A stretch of 64,000 nt of DNA, taken from Oculina patagonica (Eukaryota). The notes beneath the pieces are model-generated. The model made no database searches and had not been told where the DNA came from. It was given only the letters and a program-made list of their open reading frames with translations. Position numbers and translations under genes: made by a program. Numbering within the stretch: position 1 is the stretch's first letter; the number at the start of each line of letters is the position of its first letter. The stretch is from assembly GCF_052425735.1 (NCBI RefSeq), contig NC_135759.1, positions 24,428,001-24,492,000 of the forward strand. The letters are read 5' to 3'. Shown in pieces: positions 53,861 to 63,804 of this stretch.

Positions 53861-55672
53861 GCTCGTACACGAAATGTGTCTAGAACATCAAGATGAAGGT
53901 ATAAATTAAATTGTTTTTGAAGGAAGTGGGGAGCCTTTATTAGTTTTTAGTTTTTTTTCCAGGTCACAAGGACTGAACTTGAAAAAGACAGGCTAACTTT
54001 TTCAAGTTGAGATCTAAAGTACCTGATGGCATCACAATAATATCACTTGTTTATAGCTTCAGTACACTGGCATAGTAATTTTTAACAAAAATTGGACCAC
54101 TATTTATAGGTTTGCGTTTCCATACGTCTTTACGCTCTTGAATTTTTGAAGAGAAGCTCCTGACGGTGTCCCTTTAAGATACTTGAATCGAAACTCCCGT
54201 AAGGGCTAATTGTGCTTGTTTTTAGTGTCTAAATAAAAAAGATGGAGTCATAACAAACAGCAACGTTTAAATGGTGTTTTGTCATTCGTAATAACTCTCT
54301 TGTTAGGCTACTGGGGATATTCAAGAACGCCCGTTGAGTTATTTTTATTTCCGGCTAATATAAACTGCTTTGTGGATTTAAAACTAAGAACAACATGTAC
54401 TGACATGTTGGTCGCAAACAAAATCATTAAAAAATTATTACACCACTGTAAATTACAATAGCAGCTGCTGCAAAGGTTATATCATTTTTTCAGATCCCTA
54501 AACTTTATACAGAAGCTACGGATGAAGGTTAAAGTTTCTGATCTTTCAAGGGTCACTTTTCAACTTTTCTCTTGTTTAGATGACCAAAAGCAACTTCTAA
54601 AAATTGGTGAGTGCGGTAGTTTATTTAGGATTACCTCTGCTGGTTATCACGTAGGATTTCTCGTTTCTTGGTCAAAACGCACATAGTTTCCTTCAGTTTT
54701 TTAGCTTTCCTGTGTCCTATTTAGTGGTTTTCACGGGTATATTTTCCGTATCAAAAATTGGAAATCAAAACTTTGTTAGACATCGCGTTGTACCAGACGC
54801 TTGAACATGGCTGCAACATAATTTTTTACCAAACAGATCCACCGAGGTTGTCTTTTGTATGCTCATTATATTTTCAAGATAAAAAAGTACGTGATCACAT
54901 TCTTCTTGAACATTGGCTTCGGTACTGCTGTACTCGATCAAAGTCCCGCGCAGACTGCATGAGAACAGGTCACATACCTCGTGAACGTTACGAATCTTCT
55001 ACACAATAGTGCCTGTTGTTAGATGATAAAGCGAATTTCGCAAATCTGAGATGAGTTAGCCCTCTCAAACAGGTATTTCTCCAAACAATTCCTTAAGTGC
55101 CCTTGAAAGAATTAAGAAATAAGAAAGTTAAGAAAGCTAAACACAATGGCATTACTTTGAGATACAGTCTTATGGCGTTTTGACTAAGGGAGGTAATGAA
55201 ACGAAACGAAATTCAGTTTTTGTCGTAGTACATTACAAAAAATTTATTAAACATTTTTTATTACGGAAGATCGACTGATAGATAGTTTTGTTCCTTTTAG
55301 TTTAATTCGTGAGCATAATACGATGAGCTGCAGTTTGATTTGGATGGTCAGTTAAATAACTAGAAAAACATTAGATGATTTAACATCGGTCATCGACTGC
55401 TTTTGGTAGTAAGTAGCTACAATATCTTGAAATTGTAGGTGTGCTTATTCATTCTCAGTACATTATTAGATAAAGTGCGTCATCACATAAAACCAAATAT
55501 TTCATTCACACAACTTTACTTGGTGCTGCATGCTAAGACGTTTCTGATTTTTTGAGTAAAATAATCACGGTTTATTCAACAGTTACTACAATTTGCTACT
55601 GAGTTAAAAAAGAGGATTACAGAGTATAAATTAACAAAGCTTACTAACTGAGGCAGGTGTAAAACCCTCAAT

Positions 55673-57743
55673 ATGGACCCTCTGGTAAAAGCAGCACTGC
55701 TCCGGACTTTTGTTTTCTTGTCATTGGTCTCCCTCAGTCCTTTGTTGTTTGTTCATGTGGAGTACACGGATGAAGACAATAAAGAAGAAAAATTCCAGTT
55801 GTTACTCTCTCTGTACGAGTCCATGGCGTCTAATTACAACATGACCCTCACGGAGTTCAACAACTTCTCTAATGTGGCGCACGAGGCCTTGAGCGAACCT
55901 AAACCGCGGTGGACCTATTTTAATGCAATGAACTTTGTCTTGCAAGCATTTTCTACAATCGGTAAGGGAAAATATAGCTTTACATTTACAATGTATTCTT
56001 TGAAATAGCTCAGTTACAAAGGAAGGCAGAAAATTCGCTAACGGTTGCCTGTGGCGTTGGAGCCACAAAACGAGAAATTCATTTTTGTTACTTAAGCAAA
56101 GCAAAAATAGGTCATGCGCGTCTTAAAATGCAATGTGACACTTACGTCTTAAATGCAGTTCAAAATCTCAGCTCGATCTACAGTACTTTCGTTAATTATA
56201 CCTGTTTGTTTATTGTCAGAGATGCACATTATGGTTACGTTTACTTTTTAGACTTACAGTATTAACCAAATTTGTAAGTCTTGTATGAGCATTTCGATAT
56301 CAGTTGCAATTGTGACTTGTCCACTTGGGTAACACCGGTAAATGTATCCTCTTGACCGCGCGCCAATCCATAGATTTACTCTTCAGGAGCACCCAGAAGA
56401 AATTCGGGTGATGAGATTTTGTTTCCTTAAAATTTTCTGCTACTTTTAAATTCAGCTAGAAAATCTGAAAAGATTTAACTGTGTTAGTTAACACAAACTT
56501 CCCTTAAAAAGGACCTAAACGATACGAGAAAACAATGGCATTCCAAGACATTTGACTGAATTTCCTCGTTGGTTGCTCCTGACCGTCTTATTGTTATAGG
56601 ATGGAGCTGAAACTAATGGTTTGTCAATAGAGCAGTTTTCAATTGAGTGTCGTAAAACCAAAACCAAAGTAATTACTCTGGCCAATCACAAAGGACACAG
56701 ACAATCCAGTGAACCAATCAAAACTTCAAGCAAATACATGTAGCTGGTACGAAGCGCAGGAAATCGTGCGCGAGCGAGTCACGATTGGTTTTGGTTTTAG
56801 TTCTGATTGGCTGAGAAAGTGGCGCGAAATTTTTAAACCAATCACTAAGAGTAGAAATGCAAAACCAAAGCAAACGCAATTAACTTTCGACACTCAAGTG
56901 AAAACCGCTCTATTTATTTCCTCTGTAGGTTATGGATGGATCACTCCCCAAACACCAACAGGCCAGGTATTGTGCATCTTCGTCTCTGTAGTCGGGATTC
57001 CCATCACATTGCTCGCATTGAAGTCCGTCGGCGAACTCATTACCAAATTGGTCAACACAGTTGTCACAAAGTTCGAGAAGAAAGTTTTAAAAAGAGGTGA
57101 ACCAAAACGAGTTCAAACTAAAAGTGCGGGGGTTTTGGTTGCATTGATGGTGCTGTTAATGATAGCAAATAGTTTCTTTACGAGGTACATTGCGGACTGG
57201 ACAATCGTCGAAGGTGTTTATTTCTGGTTTGTATCATTTACCACAATCGGTTTTGGCGACTACAATGTTCAGCAACCCCAAAGGATCAAGCAATTGTCCT
57301 TCGATAGCTCTGGAAACCTCGCAAACAAGGATGTTGACGGAAATGAATTCATTTTTGAATTTTTTGAAAAAAAGATTCTCACGTTGTATTACTTAGTAAA
57401 TTTATGCATTGTCGCAAGTGTGTTAAACTCCATCATGGCGGCCATCGAGGAACGAAAATGGTGCCCCCGATGTCCTGGATGTGTTCCTCGAAAAACCCAC
57501 GACCACGCTGACAACAACTCTACAGAACAGCACGAACTAGACATAACAAGTTTAAACGTAGAAAATACTGGGTTGCAGACGAGAAACATGGGATCGCTCG
57601 CAGTAAGTAAAATGAAGTTCGAAAAAGATACGTTTGCGCGTCTGCCGTCTGAATACGGTATAACAACACACGCTCTATCACACTCACTGGACCAGTACAC
57701 ACAGACTTACACTACACGCACTTCTACTCATCACGCAAACTGA
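55673..57743 (+). CDS. K2P (TASK-like) channel, copy 10; exons 55673-55961 + 56929-57743; 367 aa including a 41-aa extension
   Basis: P1 AFSTIG|YGWITP; P2 SFTTIGFGDYN; reads through the position where paralogues stop (…SLAVSKMK). Confidence 0.92.
56628..56912. mobile_element. MITE (CCAATCA-rich) abutting the 3' splice site of copy 10
   Basis: TIR TAGAGCAGTTTTCAATTGAGTGTCG / CGACACTCAAGTGAAAACCGCTCTA. Confidence 0.88.
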
Positions 57744-58340
57744 AGACCAAAAAAAGCACACTCAAACGCCGTTAGACTGTCCACTACTCTTTCTTTTTTT
57801 GTATTTTTTCGATCATCGAGCGCGGGGAAAGAACGGCGAGAGAACTGACAGCACGTTCGCTTCGCTCGCCGATTCTCTCGTTTTTTGCGTTGAAAATTAG
57901 AGAGACTGTCCACAGTCTCTCTAATTCTTTTGACAGAAATTCTGCACTGCCCAACACGCCCAACAGACTGGACACAATTTTGTTTTTAACGACGCAGCAG
58001 TCCGTCTGCTCCCAGTGGAACAAAAAATTGTCCCAAGAAGCGTGGCACTCCACCAAAAAGAAGAACTCAGTTACACCAACATGTCAGTTGAGTTCCCACG
58101 TGTTTATCGTAATCTCAAGAATTTTTAGAACTTTAGTAGACCGCTAATTTTAATTTTAACACTTTTATGATTTTTTGATGACTATTTTTTCCATTATTTT
58201 ACGTTCACGGCACTCTCGCTTGCATTTTAACTGATGAAGGTCACCAAAGCGACCAAAAGGTTTAACTTTTAAAAAAGATTTTTAATCAGCGTCAACCCCG
58301 ATTTATATGTTCTTACATCATGCCTGATTACGACCACATT
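57618..58340 (+). mobile_element. Penelope-like retroelement 3' remnant (GIY-YIG endonuclease)
   Basis: Across frameshifts: KI.C..C..EY-GIT, NSAL.QHAQQTGHNFVF, WNKKLSQEAWHS, VEFPRVY, then a T-rich tail with CTGATGAAG, as typical of PLE ends. Interrupted by a MITE. Confidence 0.65.
57773..57918. mobile_element. Short TAG-start MITE nested in the Penelope remnant
   Basis: TAGACTGT ... ACAGTCT termini. Confidence 0.55.
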
Positions 58341-58678
58341 ATTTTTAGGCCTATGTGAGTTTAAAGTACGCTCGACTGACCATAAATTAATAACAGCCTT
58401 TTGTATGACAAACTGATTGTCTAACCAAGTGAGACAATTCTCATGTTTCGTAATTCATGTTAAGGTCTGATAAGCCCTGGCAACCTAGGTCTATGAAGAT
58501 CATCAGCAGTCTGAGACTGCTTTCCGAAATGTTTTTTTTTTTTTAGCAAACAAGCAGTCAATATTTAACTGTGCGGTTTTAAGCTTCTTCAAGCTTCTTG
58601 TTGGTTTTGATTCGAAAATTCTTAAAAATTCTAGATAAGATGTTGTAAATAAGTTTCAAGATCTCTAAACGTATTCAA

Positions 58679-58878
58679 GAGGCCCTGCCAGGGTAAATTC
58701 CGACAAGCGACATGGCCCAAAAAGTAGCGACAGCACATGAATGAAATTGCGACAAACAATAATAGCTCTAGCCAAATTCCTACAAGTGACAAAAATGCCT
58801 AGAATGGCCGATGAAACAGCGACACCGAGCATTTTGAAATTCAGACAAGCGATTCGAGGACCCCCCTGGCAGGGCCTC
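58679..58878. mobile_element. MITE with GAGGCCCTGCCAGGG TIR and 6-bp TSD
   Basis: TSD ATTCAA (58673-58678, 58879-58884); reverse-oriented relative of 18431-18714. Confidence 0.88.
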
Positions 58879-59171
58879 ATTCAATACACGGTAACTTGCA
58901 TGTCTTGATAACTATCATTTTGTTCCTGTGTCTGTATATGGCTGACAGTTGGCCTTCAGTTTAAGTGGGATTGCTTTATGGTGATTATCAAGCATGTAAA
59001 ACCATAGATACAAGAAACCACAAAATGAGTTTTAGTCCACACTCAGAAAACGAATTTTAACCAAAATTATATCTTGTTCAACTAAGTATTATTAATTAAA
59101 CTCACTGAACCATGTTAATAGTTAAATTACGTAGCGTACAGTATCCACCACCCGTAAGTAAAGTAGCTTAA

Positions 59172-59585
59172 AGTCTCTATACAGCCTACAGGCCAAATTG
59201 TGTTACTTCACATCCCAAGTTTAACCCAGTCTGTCTAAACAGATGGTCCTTTTCTGCATTCGGAGTATTTGAGCATTCTGCAACAACACATCTTTCTGGC
59301 ATATTTATATCATCAATATCTCCTCACGATTACAGAAGTAATGCAGACTTCAACTGGCGGCAAGATTTCGTGCTTACTGACATGACATCACAGCCCATTT
59401 TGGAACCCAGACTCTTTCTTGTCTTGACTCCCAGTCAACTTCTTTGGGCGTGACCAAAGTGGGAACTTTAAAGCTCAAACTTGCAGTGAAAAAGTGGCGG
59501 AATCCAAAAATTTTCTTTTAGAATACTTGCTCATGCATTATATAGACTTGAAAATCACAAAAAACCTGTAGGCAATATAGACACT
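59172..59585. mobile_element. Kolobok-like MITE
   Basis: TTAA|AGTCTCTATACAGCCTACAGG ... CCTGTAGGCAATATAGACACT|TTAA. Confidence 0.7.
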
Positions 59586-60250
59586 TTAAGTTCATTATTT
59601 ATTATGGCTGTCACAGAAAAGTAAATTATCTGATCATGGAAAAGCTATTTCCACTGTTCTCTCTTCAAAAGTGAGTTAACTTTTAGCATTTGTCAAGAGC
59701 AGCTTATCTGTGGAATTGTGAATGTACACGTAGATACTGAACTAAGGTCATTACTGAAGAATTTAGCTAGTGGCTGTTGGAGGGTGGTTGTTTAACCTTC
59801 ATGCATTGGTTTCTTTTTTTAGGCAGTCATGGTCTGACTTTTAATATACTGTATTTTCTCAATTAAATGCCAGACCTCCAAACTGCTAATTTTGAAAATA
59901 AATATGTAAACACTGGATGCATTTGATTGAGGTCCTGGTGATTGATTCAGGCCAAGGCATTTATTTGTGGTTGAGCTAACAAGGAAGTATATTCTCTTGA
60001 ATAGCATATTATTGGAAATTGCCCTATATAAGTTAATAATTATTATTAAGTTACAACAAACTAGTAGTGTGGTATGCTACTTTGGTAAGTTTATTGAATG
60101 TTCAAAGGAAAAGTCAGGTGTAAAATAACTAGGATGGGTGCTGTAAAACAAAATCAAACATAGCAATGTCGCATTTGTGTCATGATTGACCCACTTTCTT
60201 TCTTGTGTTATAGTGCTCACTGTTATCGAAATCTCTAGGATCCTTCTGCC

Positions 60251-60683
60251 CCCTGGCGGGTGACTCCCAAATAAAACAGACAAGAGCGCTCGTCGGAAAT
60301 TTTGAATTTAACCCCCAAAAGGAGACTAATCTGGATGTGGCTCAAGCATTCTTTTGATCCCTAAAAGATACCAAAATGCTAAAAATAGAATTTTAGATTT
60401 CTATATTTCTTTGCATGCAACACTAAACGTAGTCTCCCTCGCAGCCGTTTTTAGTGTCGTCACGCAACGATCCGCCCCACAAACAGGAATGTTGCGTGAC
60501 GACACTAAAAACGGCTGCGAGGGAGACTATCCTAAACGAGACCTTGACAGCTATTAAAAAAGAAAATAGCGATTTGGTGTTTTTTCCCAGAACACCTAAG
60601 TGAGACCAAAATACAAAATTTACACCCCCGAGCAAGACAACGAGCATCCCTGTCTCTTTCATATGGGAGTCCCCCCATCTGGG
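60251..60683. mobile_element. CCC-start MITE with a nested hairpin MITE
   Basis: Loose TIR GACTCCCA..A / TATGGGAGTC; degenerate flanks. Confidence 0.5.
60430..60529. mobile_element. 100-bp hairpin MITE (TAG...CTA)
   Basis: 39-bp perfect arms TAGTCTCCCTCGCAGCCGTTTTTAGTGTCGTCACGCAAC; CTAAACG duplicated in the flanks. Confidence 0.85.
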
Positions 60684-61299
60684 ATCCCTCCAGCTATATT
60701 GTTTATAAGCTGGAGGAGAATGTTTTTAAACTGAATGAGGAGGATGTTGGCGACATTGCTGTTGGTGAACTTGAAACTTTGTACCCATAACATTAATTCC
60801 TTGCCCCTATGTTGTTCAACTATTGTTTATGTTCTGTTTGACACAAATCTTGAGCTTTTGTTTATAATCATCCTTGGAGATCCAGGGTAAGTTTGTCAGG
60901 GTGGGATGAATAAAAAAAATGTACCGCCCTGAAAAACTGCCCCTGGGCACACAACACCTTTAATTAGAGAGGGTTCATAATTTATGTAGTTGGGAGGAGA
61001 ACTCTTTGATGATTTTGTTAATCTTTGTAAACCCCCCCCCCCCCCCCCCCCCGACGTTCTCCTGGCACTTCTTGGGTAATATCCTACCAACTTTATATAT
61101 AGTGAAATATCAGGACCTTCCCACCCCCTCCTGGTGTCAAGTTATGTCCCACCCCCTATTAAACCCTCTCTTGGTAGAAACAGTATGCCTGAAAATTGCA
61201 ACAAAAGCGACTCGCTAAGCGAACGCCGAAGGCAGCAGTTAGAACAATTTCGTTCAAACTGAAAAATAGGCCATTATAAATAAAAAAGTACGCGTGTAC

Positions 61300-61750
61300 C
61301 TGATTCTCCAGGGCTAGCAGTTCATGATGTCCTTGATCTTCAGCGAACTTGATTCAAAGCCAAAGAGACGCATGTAAACGATTTGTGACCGTCCTAGTTA
61401 AAAGCTTATAAATCTTCGGGCGCAAGATTCAGCGAGAATATTTATACTGAAGGGCGAAGACAATTCTCCCTCACGTGTTTCGTTCCAGCTTTACACGCGC
61501 CAAAATAGAGTTCCCACTAGCCCCTCCCTTGCAAAAGCGATCGATTCAGCGGACTGCGTCAGCCTCGATTTCAAACAAGAAATGGCGTGTGGATTCTTCT
61601 CAAGTTTCGATAAAGAGTGTTTCAGAGTACTGAAGCGACCCAAATGCGAACATCCGTTTTCAAACATGATGTAAAGGTGAGTTTAGCAGAAATATAGCTT
61701 TGTACTTCACGATCGAATGGGTTAAATTTTTCTTGAAATTTTCTCAGGTA
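61300..61750 (+). promoter_or_regulatory. Possible CpG-rich promoter / first non-coding exon of the next gene
   Basis: Local CpG enrichment, AAATGGCG motif (~61580), strong donor AAG|GTGAGT (61677) and acceptor TTCTCAG (61747). Confidence 0.35.
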
Positions 61751-62574
61751 CATACTTGGCACAACTATGTGTGTCGGTATTCACCAACTCGAACATGGAA
61801 AATCGATACCAAGAAAAATCGATCGTGAACAGTCTTGGCAGAACAGTGCTATATTTTCACTAATGTATCAAATAGTAAGCTTAAGTTAATGGCTGAAGTA
61901 TTTAAAGTAGCTTTCTAGATCAGCTCGATCTGTTGCTTCTATTCGGTATCGATGCATATTTTATATTGTCTTTGTTATCTGTGCATACGTGACTTCTGCA
62001 TTTGTACGATTTCACTCCGGTATTGTCTGATTTTTTTTGCATCACTGCAATCTTTCATATTATTGTGAAGCATACCGGTACAGGCTCATTCAAGTAGCTG
62101 TGCCGGATCGATATAAGTAGTTATCTACTTAGTACACAAACGTATGGCGTCTCATGATCTGAAGCATCTGCAGATTTCATTGTATTCACTAATCACTTTT
62201 GTCCGCAAATCGTGACCAAAATCGTGACTTTATAATTTAGCAATTCTTTAGATCTGTTACTTGTTAGCATTTGTAGTCATCATCAGTCGTTTCTCTCCTT
62301 GTGGAAATAATACAGCCATAGTATTTATAGCAGATTAGATTTGTAAAATTATTGCCCTAGTCATTCTGATCTTAATATTGAAAGAGCATATTTTGTCACC
62401 TGTAACTTGAAATTTGTTGGAAATGCCAATTACAGCCTCTTCTGTGTAGAAAAGAAACAACGCATGTTTTGAAATAAATCATTGTCTTGTATTCTGGAAA
62501 GGGTAAGGAAAGGGTAATGGTGGCAGAGTGAATCTTGGACCTATGTCTAGGTGGATTTTATAAAACTTTTATTT

Positions 62575-62611
62575 AACAATTAGACTACGAGCCCAAGTTT
62601 TCTATGAGCAA

Positions 62612-62647
<36 letters not shown>

Positions 62648-62648
62648 A

Positions 62649-62683
<35 letters not shown>

Positions 62684-62870
62684 TGAAACGCTAAAGGATT
62701 TTCAGTCCAAAACCTACAATATTGTGCACTTTAAAGACAAAAAAACAAGAAAATTTACCGCTTAAAGAGCTACTCGCGCGCGCGACTGTTTTCTATCGGC
62801 GAATAGAAATCAGTGAGAGAACCAATCAGATTCGCGGATTTCCAATAGAACACAGCTGAGTTTCTACTAA
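62575..62870. mobile_element. Palindromic non-autonomous element (hairpin plus second inverted repeat)
   Basis: Hairpin 62575-62678 with core C-GA-GGC-GCA-GCC-GA-G; second loose IR TTAGTTGAAAC / GTTTCTACTAA; CCAATCAG near the right end. Confidence 0.78.
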
Positions 62871-63407
62871 TATAAAATATAATGCATGCTATGATTGGGT
62901 GGCTAGATGCTTTGCATGTGGCTAGAGAAACGGGTTTATAACTTCACATCAAGTTCCAGACGTAATTTTAAAAATGAAATGTTTTAATATTATTGAAAGA
63001 AACCTTTAAGTGAGATTTTTGACAAATCAGTCAGAGCAGATTTTTCCAGTAATGGTGCAGACATGCAAAGGTCTTGAATGATAGATTTGAATGATAGATT
63101 TACAACTTAGGGTGATTCATGTATACAGTAAGAGAGGTTTTGAAACTTCAGCTTTCCAATCTTGGAATGATTTTTTTTGCAATGTTACCCAGTCAGCATA
63201 AACAAATTAACTGAATAATGATATCAATCACTGAATTTGTAAACAGATTCAATTATATCATGTAATGCCACAACAGTTTATGTAGAAAATATCATTGGGA
63301 CTTCAACAGGAATATAGCTAAGATTTCTAACAGGCGAAATTTTCTTGATCACAGGCGGACAATTTGGGTTACATTAAAAGAAAGATCTAACCACACACAG
63401 TCTTTAA

Positions 63408-63804
63408 GGGCCTCTTTACATGAGAGTTGTCGTCCCGGGATGACTTTCGTCCTGGGATGAATTCATCTCGGTGTCTGGTCATTTTCTTGTTGCTGTCTAC
63501 ATGATGATACTCGATTTCGTCCCGGGATGAACTCATCCCGGGACGATTTCATCCCTGTCCTAAGCACCGAGATGAAATTTCATCCCGGGATGAAACCACG
63601 TGACGAAAAACCCCATGTAAACAGTCTTTCTGGGATGAAATATAATGTAATGTAAGCACTGGCGAGATGAATTCAACTCGGGCGGGACGACTTACGTCCC
63701 GGCATCCCGGGATGAACACACTCATGTAAAATGAAAATTTTTTCATCCCAGGACGAAATTCATCCCGGGATAAAACTCATCTCGGCTCTCATGTAAAGAG
63801 GCCC
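63408..63804. mobile_element. PIF/Harbinger MITE
   Basis: 19-bp TIR GGGCCTCTTTACATGAGAG, TAA TSD, many internal CATCCCGGGATG palindromes. Confidence 0.92.

Noticed and set aside
56709-56928. N-terminal 73 aa of the 344-aa ORF as a novel channel domain
   Set aside because: It is intronic MITE sequence that happens to be in frame; the true exon starts at 56929.
1982-57702. Recurrent minus-strand ORFs overlapping K2P exons (e.g. 12754-12951, 21753-22016, 42923-43219, 48354-48650)
   Set aside because: They are antisense shadows of conserved coding sequence, with variable starts and no independent signal.
1883-57743. Exon-1 and exon-2 ORFs as about 20 separate small genes
   Set aside because: Each pair joins by canonical GT-AG splicing to rebuild the GYG filter. 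ORF-track extensions beyond the splice sites are intronic.
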